A stretch of DNA of 64,000 nt from an uncultured Bacteroidales bacterium. Lineage in GTDB: Bacteria; Bacteroidota; Bacteroidia; Bacteroidales; JAAYJT01. The notes under the pieces were generated by a model that was not told where the DNA came from, made no database searches, and saw only the letters and a list, made by a program, of their open reading frames with translations. The stretch is from NCBI GenBank assembly GCA_964550455.1, contig CAZJZG010000016.1, forward strand, positions 4,960 to 68,959, written 5' to 3'. Positions within the stretch are counted from its first letter, which is position 1; every line of letters starts with the position of its first letter. Position numbers and translations under genes: made by a program. This document shows positions 48,550 through 57,675 of this stretch, piece after piece.

Positions 48550-50400
48550 TTAGTTTTCACAAAACAGATACAAAGTAAAATCATCCAGATAAACAGTGTT
48601 CTGAAAAGGGTTGTAAAGGTAGAAAAAAACGGTATCACCGGACATGAAATAAAAACCTTCAGTATGAACAAGATAAAGTCTGTTCCATTGATCTGCAAAA
48701 TGATTATATGTTCTGGAAGTTGATTGCTGGCTATGAACCACTTGCCCATCTCTCCATATCTCAAGTACAAATAAAAGTTCTTTTTTTATCGGGTTTGACA
48801 CTGGGCGGACAAAAACCTGAGACAATAAGGCTATTTTCTGCATTGAAAGCGAATCGGGAATTTGAAAACGAATCAAAGTACTGTATTCCTGTTCTGCCGG
48901 AATACTTGCCGAGAAAATCCCTGTATGCGCCATGCCACGGGCTGGTATAATATTTTCCCTTTCGTTTTGCTCCTCAAAACCAATATTATAACTGGCTTTG
49001 GTTACTGGAAATTCGTTGTTAAGGTTTGTAAGGGTGTACTGATATTTTTCTTCTTCCCAAAAAAGACCCATATAAGGTTCTGTGGTATGGAGAAAAACAC
49101 GCCAATACTTGTCTTTATCCATTTTCCAATAAAAAATGTAGTTTTTATACTGTTTCATGTAAATATGGTTCAAACCAATACACATGAGAGCAACAACCAT
49201 TAAAAAATTAAGGGCAAAATTATTTCTGATATGCTGTATGCCAAAAGCAATAGAAATAAAAAACAACGGGTAATAATCAATAAAAGCCCTATGTCCGAAC
49301 GACATTCCATACCACCAGTTCCACCAGGAAGCTATAACATATGTGGGCACTGCTATTGATATCAACAGCCAAAATAGAAAGTATCTGTTATTCTTAAATA
49401 GTGGCCAAATCCCGAAAATGAAAAAAATCAATATCGGTGCATAAATAAAAAGTCCTTTTTCGTAACTAAATAAAACATTTGTAATTTCAGGGTTTAAAAA
49501 ATTAAATGAACCGCCCTGATATGACCAGACAAAAAAGCTGCCTGTTTGTAAATAATAAATTAATGGCTGAAGAAACAGAACAAACAACATAATAAAGAGC
49601 GCAGGCAGTACTTTGAGAAAATTGATTACAAGCCATCTAAAAAATCTTATTGTTTCCTTTCCCGATCCTGCAATCATGGGTATAATAAATATCATTACTA
49701 CATTTGTAGGTCTTATCAAACCAAGCAATCCAAGTGTAATAAACCATATATAAAGATATTTCAATTGGTAGGTTTGAAAGAACCGCTGCACGTAAAGCAT
49801 GAAAACAGCAAAAAGAGACATAGTATAAACATGCGTAAACGAAGGCTCATCAACGGTATAATAAAAAGTGGAAGTAGCAAAGGTCATCAGCAACAAACAA
49901 ACTGAAATGATCCATGGTTTGATCTTCAGGTTCTCAAGAAACCTTCCAAAAGCCCATAAACCCAGTATAAGGTACGCAATTGCAGATATAAGGATAGCAA
50001 CCTGATATGGTGTTGAATAGCCGCTGGCTTCAGCCGGTCCAATCAATGCAATTATATGTGCTGTAAGAAATGCTGGCACCCAAAGGATAGAAACCCCCAA
50101 ATAAGCAATGTTTACAACACCCTTATCAGTATTTATCCTGAACTCATAAATATTTCCGGTATGCGGTGCTCCGCTGTTTTTTACTTCATCAATAAATGAG
50201 AATTGAAGATCTTTGTAGATAAAAACTGCCGGCAAATGTGCATAATATGCATGCCCATCGCTGGTAATATAAGTTTTTTTAAAAGGTTGACGATGAACTG
50301 AAGCAATTGCAAGGATAAAAAAAATCACAATTAGCATCCACCGCCAGTTCGATTTAAAAAAGGCAAAACCAAAAATTAAGGAACCCTTTTTGTCAGTCAT
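48550..50400 (-). CDS. polytopic membrane protein, unassigned family (GT-C-like candidate) with C-terminal beta-rich soluble domain; paralogue of 43273-44706
   Basis: 616 aa. Blocks shared with the 477-aa protein are YYAHLPAVFIYKD, GYSTPY, LIRPTN, FSYEKGLFIYAP and ASWWNWWYGMSFGHRAFID. An extra non-membrane tail of about 170 aa ends in NTVYLDDFTLYLF. Confidence 0.5.
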   Translation of the reverse strand: MTDKKGSLIFGFAFFKSNWRWMLIVIFFILAIASVHRQPFKKTYITSDGHAYYAHLPAVFIYKDLQFSFIDEVKNSGAPHTGNIYEFRINTDKGVVNIAYLGVSILWVPAFLTAHIIALIGPAEASGYSTPYQVAILISAIAYLILGLWAFGRFLENLKIKPWIISVCLLLMTFATSTFYYTVDEPSFTHVYTMSLFAVFMLYVQRFFQTYQLKYLYIWFITLGLLGLIRPTNVVMIFIIPMIAGSGKETIRFFRWLVINFLKVLPALFIMLFVLFLQPLIYYLQTGSFFVWSYQGGSFNFLNPEITNVLFSYEKGLFIYAPILIFFIFGIWPLFKNNRYFLFWLLISIAVPTYVIASWWNWWYGMSFGHRAFIDYYPLFFISIAFGIQHIRNNFALNFLMVVALMCIGLNHIYMKQYKNYIFYWKMDKDKYWRVFLHTTEPYMGLFWEEEKYQYTLTNLNNEFPVTKASYNIGFEEQNERENIIPARGMAHTGIFSASIPAEQEYSTLIRFQIPDSLSMQKIALLSQVFVRPVSNPIKKELLFVLEIWRDGQVVHSQQSTSRTYNHFADQWNRLYLVHTEGFYFMSGDTVFFYLYNPFQNTVYLDDFTLYLFCEN

Positions 50401-50415
50401 TTTTTAGAATTAAAA

Positions 50416-53400
50416 TTACTGCAATCCTAACATTATTTTCTTCACACAGCTATGTTCTCCACTGATAATCCATATAAAATAAACACCTGACTTAAAATCA
50501 GTATTAATAATATTAGAAGAACTATTTAAATCAGTGCTTAAAATCAATCTGCCGGTCAGATCAAAAATATTTAATATCCCGGATGTACCATCAGGCATTT
50601 TAACAATTAACGAATTGCCGGATAAATAAACAGAAATAATTTCAGGCTCATCCTCTTTAACCAAACTGATAAAACTAAAACTTATATCATCAAGCCTTAT
50701 TTTAGGAGCCGAACCTGATTCACCACTAATGAAATAATACCTCCAGAGCAGTTGAACATATTCTTTGTCAAGCAATTCTTCAGGAAAAGCAATATCTTCA
50801 TATTGAGTTGTATGTCCGTTATATGAAGCTAAATACTCTACAGGCTGTCCATTTAACATAAAATCGCTGAAAGGTTCTTCAATATTTGTCCGGTATTGCA
50901 ATCGTAATACATATATTTTCTGATCCTGAGCAAGTGTTCCGGCAAGCCAGCTTATAGTAGCTGTTGTAATATCTCTTGTATCAACAGCAAACAAAACCCC
51001 GCCCAAATCACGATTACAACCTGCATTGATGAATGAGATACCATCATAACCAAGTCCGTTTATTCGTGTTCCGGCAGTATTTCTATACGGAAATCCGATA
51101 TTTTCATGATCATCAGGGTGATAATCATCATGAGAGATGAAATAGGGAAATAATAATGGGCTATCCAGATCGGGATCCTGGGAATCGCTCTGTAAAAACA
51201 TCATGTGAGGAGGATATGAATACTCTGGTTCGTCAGGACTCCATGAAGTAAATGTATAATTACCACGGCTATACTTAAAGGCTTCCGGATAAATAAGAAT
51301 TCTGAACGTATTTGAAACCACAGTGTTAAACCCATCAAAGGCGCTAAGGGTAATAATAGCTTCTCCACATTGCAAAGGTATTATATTGAGTTTATTATCT
51401 TCTAAAAAAAGATTGATAAACTGCTCATTATCAGCAGAAGCCATAAATATCAAAGAATCGTTGTCAGGATCTTCAAATACCTGATTGAAATCAATCAGCA
51501 AAGATTCTCCATTTTCAATAAGTGATTGAAACTCAACAGGATTAGCTACTACAGGGGGCAGATTAGGAGCTTGAATTGGTATCCCATCCAAACTAAAGTT
51601 ATTAAACGTAACTCTGTTACCCTGATTAGCCGACATATTTGAACCACCAAAACGAAATCGGATCTTAAAATCATGATTATCATTAATAGAATTAATCGCA
51701 CTTAAATTTATTTCAAAAAGCTGATACAAAGTGCTTAAAATCAGTGTGTCATAAGGTGGATTGAGCGGAAACCATTCAGGTTCGCCTGAATTTACTGAAT
51801 ATTCGGATAATAAATAATCTGCAGCGTTTTCATCTTTAGCAGCAAATCGGAAAATCAGGTTTTTATATCCCACTGATGGCAAATGGAAAGTTATGATATT
51901 TTCGCCGGCATCACCGGTAAATGGTTGCTTAATCTGCAATCCCCTCATATTTGAAGCAGGATACTGAACCCCGTTATTTCCCTCCGGACTATAATTTATG
52001 TCGGTAGGAGCATTTCGACGTTCCATCGAAGCTTTTCGCCAGTTGGGATGACCAGAATAAAACGGATAACCCTGTAGTGAAGAATGGTAACTGATTATTC
52101 CGTTTCCCGGAAGCTTATATCTTGGATTTACTACTTCCAAAGGATAATCATTAGGAAGAGTTGTATCAAAAACCCAGAAATATAAAAGCTGTGGTTCAAC
52201 GGCTTTAATAAAATGAGCTTTTACACTTATATTTCCTTCAGGAATGAGAATTGCAACAGCCGGAGTATTAGTTGGTAATCCTTCCCAATGACTAAAAGCA
52301 TATCCCGGCAAAGCAACTGCCTCAATCTCAATTGGGATATCTTTAAAATATATTCCTGTCCATGGATATGGAATTGAATCTACACCCGGTGTTTTATCTG
52401 TAATATTTATTGTGTTTATATGAACGTAACCGGCATTTGAATTATTTATATCCAGTGTAATATCAATATCGCTCTCAATATCAAAATACTCTCTGATATG
52501 CTGACGTTGAAAATCAGGTCTTAATATTGCAAAATCACGCATTTCATCTAAGAACCACCACCATGTTGAAATATCAGGATAAGTGTTCCAGCGCAAAAGA
52601 TGTTCCTGTATTTCAGGCGCAATTCTGTTGCTATTTTCATTAATGAATTCAACAACCCTTGCCGGCAAAAAGTAAGTATTCATTAAATCGGCAAAGCGAT
52701 TGATGAACCTGGTTTTGAACTCTTCATTCTCAAGAAATTTTCTTAATAGAAATGTTGACCAATCAGGATTCGGATAAGAGGTTCCTCCCACCAAGGTAGC
52801 ATGATCAAGCATATTATAACTTGCGTTCTGACTACCACTTGACAACCCGAAACTAAAATCCATATCATAAAGCATCCATCGCCATCTTCCATCATGTCCA
52901 ATAGGTGCGCCGGGTATATAATTCTGAGTTCTGAGCCTCCAATATTCAAGGTTAGCACCAGGCCAGTCAATATTATTGGCAAATATATTTGTTATCTGAT
53001 AATCAGTGAAGTTATCAACATCAATTCTTGTTTTAATATACTGATAATGAACATCTTCAATCAGTCCGTTAGCTTCAATATAATTAATAGTCTGACGATA
53101 ATGCACAGTATCACCTTCTTTAATTTCGTTGACAGAAAGAAAGTCAATATTTTCAGGATCAACACCGTAAACTCTTTCAAAATAATGCTTGTCGTAGCGT
53201 TCCCTGATATTATGAATTCCCCAGTATTCACCATTTATAAAGACTATAACAGGTTCATACTCTTGAATATCAAAGAGTAAGCCTTTTACAAGTGTTTGCA
53301 CAGTTGCATCGCGAAGCATAGTACTAAGAAAATCCTGCCCTGAGTTACGCAACAACAAGCGCTTGAAACTATTGTCATCAAGATTAGTAAAAAACTTGTG

Positions 53401-54702
53401 TTCAAGTTCTGATTTCCCATATTTCCCACGGGCGTATAATCTTAATGATTTCATGGGTCTGCGCCGGGCTTCACTGCCATGGATACGTATTCCTATTTCC
53501 TGAGATATTCTGGGTAAAGTAAAGTATGGATCATAAAATTCAATATGAGAAGGAATCTCCCATTCCTCTCCGCTGCGATCAAAATTACATTTTGTATACC
53601 ATGTATTGCTTACTGTAGGGTTAGCTGTCCTCCAGTTATCATAATCAATTCCGGCAACATAAATACCGTCTTCATAATCAAATAATTTCTGCTCGGGAAT
53701 ACTGATAGAAATAACCGGAAGACTGTAGCGATTCTGAGCTTCATCAGTGATAAAATAGGTATTTGTTTGAACCCTGCTCGATAATGCTCCGGGCTTCAAT
53801 GCCCGTGCCCTGACTACAGTACCTTTAAAAACCGGATTTTCAGGTAAATAATATGGAGACTGATGCCAGGTGGATGAAATCTGAGTGAGGCTGTCAGGGT
53901 ATGATGAGCGATCAGCAATCGTAATCGTTTCATCATTCAAAAATGACCGATATGAACCGGCTAACAGTTCCCCAAAAGGGTCTCCTGGATTCTCAGGATA
54001 TTGGTTTTTATAAGTATAAATGGTTCCTTCGAGGTTGTCAATATCAGGGTTAGAACCATCAAGGGTATAAACTATTACAACCGCTGTATCGGGATGACTT
54101 AAATCAAGTGTAAAACCGTCAGTATAAAATCCTCCGTGATGTGAAAAAGCGGGAGGCTCAAGAATTTCGTTATATGTTTGTGTGGTATTTGCTGTTCCTG
54201 GTGTTGGTTCATCAAAAAAATAATAAGCACCCGTTCCATCAGGTGATCTTCCGTATGAAACATCGGATTGTAGAGTTACAGGCTGAATAATGCTTATTGC
54301 TGAACCGGAAGGATTAGTTAATATAACCTGTTCGCCCTCAGCCTTAATACTAAAATTGGTATGTAAAGGAGCATCGGGGTTGGTGCGGTTCTTCCCGGAT
54401 GTCCACACTATAAGATATTCACCGGGCTGAATTATAATATCAGGAAAAACCCATTTAAAAGGCTGACCGGCTTTATCGGAAAGTCCAAAATCGTCCAGAC
54501 CAACAGTTGTTGTTCCAAAATTGTAAATTTCAATCCAGTCTTCATAATCACCATCTTCATCAGCAATAATTGAAGAATTGGACGACATTAATTCATTAAT
54601 TGTTATGCTTTGTGCATTAGCCTGATAAACAACAAAATATGCCAATATAATCAGGATAACAAAGAACAACTTGTAACCAAAGGACAAAATTATCTTTTTC
54701 AC
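50416..54702 (-). CDS. large secreted multidomain protein: lamin-tail domain + CHB_HEX_C-like + CotH kinase-like domain + beta-sandwich/cadherin-like modules + T9SS C-terminal sorting domain
   Basis: Signal peptide MKKIILSFGYKLFFVILIILAYFVVYQANAQ. LTD, about aa 32-165: ITINELMSSNS...DWIEIYNFG...GEYLIVW. CHB_HEX_C-like: GGFYTDGFTLDL...VIVYTLDGSNP. CotH-like, about aa 325-720: IEFYDP...GIRIHGSEARRRPMKSLRLYARGKYG...LLLRNSGQDF...VIVFINGEYWGIHNIRERYD. Cadherin-like: FEDPDNDSLIF. The last 74 aa or so (nt 50419-50640) are T9SS-CTD-like: ILNIFDLTGRLIL...SGVYFIWIISGEHSCVKKIML. Confidence 0.75.
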   Translation of the reverse strand: MKKIILSFGYKLFFVILIILAYFVVYQANAQSITINELMSSNSSIIADEDGDYEDWIEIYNFGTTTVGLDDFGLSDKAGQPFKWVFPDIIIQPGEYLIVWTSGKNRTNPDAPLHTNFSIKAEGEQVILTNPSGSAISIIQPVTLQSDVSYGRSPDGTGAYYFFDEPTPGTANTTQTYNEILEPPAFSHHGGFYTDGFTLDLSHPDTAVVIVYTLDGSNPDIDNLEGTIYTYKNQYPENPGDPFGELLAGSYRSFLNDETITIADRSSYPDSLTQISSTWHQSPYYLPENPVFKGTVVRARALKPGALSSRVQTNTYFITDEAQNRYSLPVISISIPEQKLFDYEDGIYVAGIDYDNWRTANPTVSNTWYTKCNFDRSGEEWEIPSHIEFYDPYFTLPRISQEIGIRIHGSEARRRPMKSLRLYARGKYGKSELEHKFFTNLDDNSFKRLLLRNSGQDFLSTMLRDATVQTLVKGLLFDIQEYEPVIVFINGEYWGIHNIRERYDKHYFERVYGVDPENIDFLSVNEIKEGDTVHYRQTINYIEANGLIEDVHYQYIKTRIDVDNFTDYQITNIFANNIDWPGANLEYWRLRTQNYIPGAPIGHDGRWRWMLYDMDFSFGLSSGSQNASYNMLDHATLVGGTSYPNPDWSTFLLRKFLENEEFKTRFINRFADLMNTYFLPARVVEFINENSNRIAPEIQEHLLRWNTYPDISTWWWFLDEMRDFAILRPDFQRQHIREYFDIESDIDITLDINNSNAGYVHINTINITDKTPGVDSIPYPWTGIYFKDIPIEIEAVALPGYAFSHWEGLPTNTPAVAILIPEGNISVKAHFIKAVEPQLLYFWVFDTTLPNDYPLEVVNPRYKLPGNGIISYHSSLQGYPFYSGHPNWRKASMERRNAPTDINYSPEGNNGVQYPASNMRGLQIKQPFTGDAGENIITFHLPSVGYKNLIFRFAAKDENAADYLLSEYSVNSGEPEWFPLNPPYDTLILSTLYQLFEINLSAINSINDNHDFKIRFRFGGSNMSANQGNRVTFNNFSLDGIPIQAPNLPPVVANPVEFQSLIENGESLLIDFNQVFEDPDNDSLIFMASADNEQFINLFLEDNKLNIIPLQCGEAIITLSAFDGFNTVVSNTFRILIYPEAFKYSRGNYTFTSWSPDEPEYSYPPHMMFLQSDSQDPDLDSPLLFPYFISHDDYHPDDHENIGFPYRNTAGTRINGLGYDGISFINAGCNRDLGGVLFAVDTRDITTATISWLAGTLAQDQKIYVLRLQYRTNIEEPFSDFMLNGQPVEYLASYNGHTTQYEDIAFPEELLDKEYVQLLWRYYFISGESGSAPKIRLDDISFSFISLVKEDEPEIISVYLSGNSLIVKMPDGTSGILNIFDLTGRLILSTDLNSSSNIINTDFKSGVYFIWIISGEHSCVKKIMLGLQ

Positions 54703-54736
54703 TTTTGTATGGATTGTATAATATGCTGGTATTCAG

Positions 54737-57088
54737 CTAAAAATGGTCATAAAAATCAAATTTCTGTTTTTTTGCCTGTTTCCTTTCAAATTCATTACAA
54801 TCCAGTTCAACATTGATTTCCTGTAAAGGAGGGTCAAAATTGCCCGTATTAATATGCAGACTGGTATCAGCATAAATTTTCTTCATATACATCGCCCATA
54901 TCGGAAGAGCCAGATTTGCACCCTGTCCCAGTGCCATACTACGGAATCTCACGCTACGATCTTCACCGCCAGCCCAGACCCCTGTGGTCAGATCAGGAGT
55001 AATTCCCATAAACCAGCCGTCAGAATTGCTTTGTGTAGTGCCCGTTTTGCCGGCTATTGGATTGGTTAACCCATATTTATATCTCAATCTGACCCCGGTT
55101 CCACTTTCCACAACTCCTTTCATCAGCTCAAGCATCAAAAAAGCTGTCTCCTCGCTCATAGCCTCCTGAGTACGTGGCAAAAACCTGCCAATAACATTTC
55201 CGTATTTATCTTCGATACGGGTTACGAACACCGGTTCAATATAAACTCCTTTATTGGCGTATGTATTCATTGCACTGGTCATTTCCATAAGCGATAAATC
55301 GGGTGTACCAAGACAAATTGCCGGAACCGGATCAATAGGAGCTTTAATGCCCATTTTACGTATCATTGTAATAACAGCCTGAGGAGGATAGCGCTTTATA
55401 AGAAATGCCGAAACCCAGTTAATTGAATTTGCAAGAGCTTCTTTAAGCGTAACTATCTCATTTTCTTTATATTTCGATGAGTTTTTAGGCTCCCAGTATT
55501 CTCCTGTAGGAAGCTCAATAGTTTGCTGTACATTGGGTACGCCACTGCACGGCGAAAAATCGCCTTCCTGCATGGCAAGGGTATAAACGAAGGGTTTAAA
55601 AGTGGATCCAACCTGCCTTCGTCCCATGCTAACCTGATCGTACTGAAAATGTTTGTAGTTAATTCCGCCAACATAGGCTCTTACAAAACCGGTTTGAGAT
55701 TCAACTGATAAAAGCCCGGCACGGATAAAAAACTTATAATACCGGATTGAATCCATCGGGCTCATAATAGTATCTATTTCACCATTCCAGCTAAAAATCC
55801 TCATCGGAACCGGTATATTGAAGTTCAGATCAATGGAATCGGCAGGCATTCCGCTTTTCTTTAATTCCCGGTAACGGTCAGAACGGCGCTTTGAAGCCTC
55901 CATAATTTTCTCAATCTCCTTGCCGGCAATATCGTAAGTAAAATCAAAAGGGGCAAAACGATTATTACCCCAATGTTTATAAAAAGCCGGCTGAATATCA
56001 AGTGAAAGATGCTCTGTAACAGCCTCTTCAGCATATTGCTGCATGGTGGAGTTAATAGTGGTATAAATCTTCAGTCCGTCTTTATACAGGTTATAGTATG
56101 AATCATCAGGCTTGGGATTTTTATAAATCCAGCCATAAAGAGGATTATCAGCCCAAAGAGTTGAATCTTCAACAAAAACCTCCCTGTTACTGTATCTTTC
56201 AGCATCAGGCTCGCGGGCATTTATTATCCTGCGCAAATATTCTCTGAGATATGGGGCTAATCCGGCAACATGATCCTGAATCTGATATTCCGAAGTATTG
56301 ATTGGCAACTGACTGTATTCTTCATACTCTTCCAGGGTAATGAATTTATTTTTCCGCATCTGGTTAAGTACCACATTTCTTCGTGCCAGAGCACGATCAG
56401 GATTTCTCACCGGACTAAACCAGGATGGAGCTTTAAGAATTCCTATCAAAACAGCAGCCTCATCAACTGTAAGCTCATTGGGTTCTTTATTGTAAAAAGT
56501 CTGAGCAGCACTCTTTATACCATATGAATGGCTTCCAAAATCAACGGTGTTCAAATACATGGCAATGATCTCTTCCTTACTGTAGTTCCGCTCCAGTTTA
56601 GCAGCCACAACCCATTCCTTGAACTTTATCAGCACCATTCCAATGAAAGTACGGTTCTGACCACGTGGAAACAGATTCTTAGCTAACTGTTGGGTAATTG
56701 TGGAGCCTCCACCACGGTTCTGACCTGTAAGTACTCCAAAAGCTACTCGTACAAATGCCTTTACGTCAATACCTGAGTGTTTTGTAAATCTTATGTCTTC
56801 AGTAGCTATCAGTGCATTTATCAAATTAGGCGACAGTTCGGAGAAATTAATATTGGTCCGGTTCTCAATAAAATATTTCCCGATTACTTTCTGATCGGCA
56901 GAAATGACTTCTGAAGCAAGATTGCTTTGAGGATTCTCAAGTTCTTCGAAGCTGGGCATAAACCCTAACCAGCCCTGAGAAATGAAAAAGAAAAGCAGGA
57001 ACAGAAAAGCAATGGTGCCGGCAAAAATTATCCAGAACCTTTTAATGTATTTGTCATAATTGCTTTTTGCAGAGGCTTTTTTAGCCAT
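54737..57088 (-). CDS. mrcA: penicillin-binding protein 1A (bifunctional transglycosylase/transpeptidase)
   Basis: GT51 motifs are ATEDIRFTKHSGID and GGSTITQQLAKN. Transpeptidase motifs are GSTFKP (SxxK), NSIN (SxN) and KTGTT. Confidence 0.93.
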   Translation of the reverse strand: MAKKASAKSNYDKYIKRFWIIFAGTIAFLFLLFFFISQGWLGFMPSFEELENPQSNLASEVISADQKVIGKYFIENRTNINFSELSPNLINALIATEDIRFTKHSGIDVKAFVRVAFGVLTGQNRGGGSTITQQLAKNLFPRGQNRTFIGMVLIKFKEWVVAAKLERNYSKEEIIAMYLNTVDFGSHSYGIKSAAQTFYNKEPNELTVDEAAVLIGILKAPSWFSPVRNPDRALARRNVVLNQMRKNKFITLEEYEEYSQLPINTSEYQIQDHVAGLAPYLREYLRRIINAREPDAERYSNREVFVEDSTLWADNPLYGWIYKNPKPDDSYYNLYKDGLKIYTTINSTMQQYAEEAVTEHLSLDIQPAFYKHWGNNRFAPFDFTYDIAGKEIEKIMEASKRRSDRYRELKKSGMPADSIDLNFNIPVPMRIFSWNGEIDTIMSPMDSIRYYKFFIRAGLLSVESQTGFVRAYVGGINYKHFQYDQVSMGRRQVGSTFKPFVYTLAMQEGDFSPCSGVPNVQQTIELPTGEYWEPKNSSKYKENEIVTLKEALANSINWVSAFLIKRYPPQAVITMIRKMGIKAPIDPVPAICLGTPDLSLMEMTSAMNTYANKGVYIEPVFVTRIEDKYGNVIGRFLPRTQEAMSEETAFLMLELMKGVVESGTGVRLRYKYGLTNPIAGKTGTTQSNSDGWFMGITPDLTTGVWAGGEDRSVRFRSMALGQGANLALPIWAMYMKKIYADTSLHINTGNFDPPLQEINVELDCNEFERKQAKKQKFDFYDHF

Positions 57089-57108
57089 ATCAGAATATTT
57101 TTGCTGTT

Positions 57109-57627
57109 TTAATAAGATAATTTCTCAATACGAAGTCCTACATCTGTAATACCCGAAAGTAATGTGTCGCGCATTGCCTGCTCAAGAGTTAAAACATAAT
57201 TCCCGGTATCGGCAAAACGAAATGAATCTTTTATCAAAAAACGATTCTCCCTGATCTTCCCAAAACCTTTTCCCAGCCAGTATCCATATTTATCGGCAAC
57301 AAGACATTCAATAGTATCACCTACATTTGTATGATCAGGCAAATGCATGTTTGTAAACAAAAACAAATTACTATAAGGGTAATCGGTAGTGTTTCGTACT
57401 ATAAAGATCATATTATAGCTTGTGGTAATATCATCAATCCTGAAATTGAACTCTTTGATATCGTTCATATCCCAGTTTTCCTGCTCCACAGTGCTGAATT
57501 TCTCAAAATAAGCGTTTTTGCCGCACCCTGAAAGCAGAAAAAGAAGCAAAAGCTGAATCAATACAGTTTTGAACAACAAAATCCGGATATCAGTTTTAAT
57601 TTTATATGCTGTATTCCCGTCCTTCAT
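57109..57627 (-). CDS. gldH: gliding-motility/T9SS-associated lipoprotein GldH
   Basis: Lipobox LLSGC. The blocks DYPYSNLFLF, DTIECLVADKYGYWLGKGFG and EQAMRDTLLSGITDVGLRIE match my recollection of GldH family sequences. The psp1-gldH-ponA context is, as I recall, typical of Bacteroidota. Confidence 0.75.
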   Translation of the reverse strand: MKDGNTAYKIKTDIRILLFKTVLIQLLLLFLLSGCGKNAYFEKFSTVEQENWDMNDIKEFNFRIDDITTSYNMIFIVRNTTDYPYSNLFLFTNMHLPDHTNVGDTIECLVADKYGYWLGKGFGKIRENRFLIKDSFRFADTGNYVLTLEQAMRDTLLSGITDVGLRIEKLSY

Positions 57628-57675
57628 GACCTGGATAAAACGAGTTTTACAAAAGAATAACGAAGTGTTAAAGAA

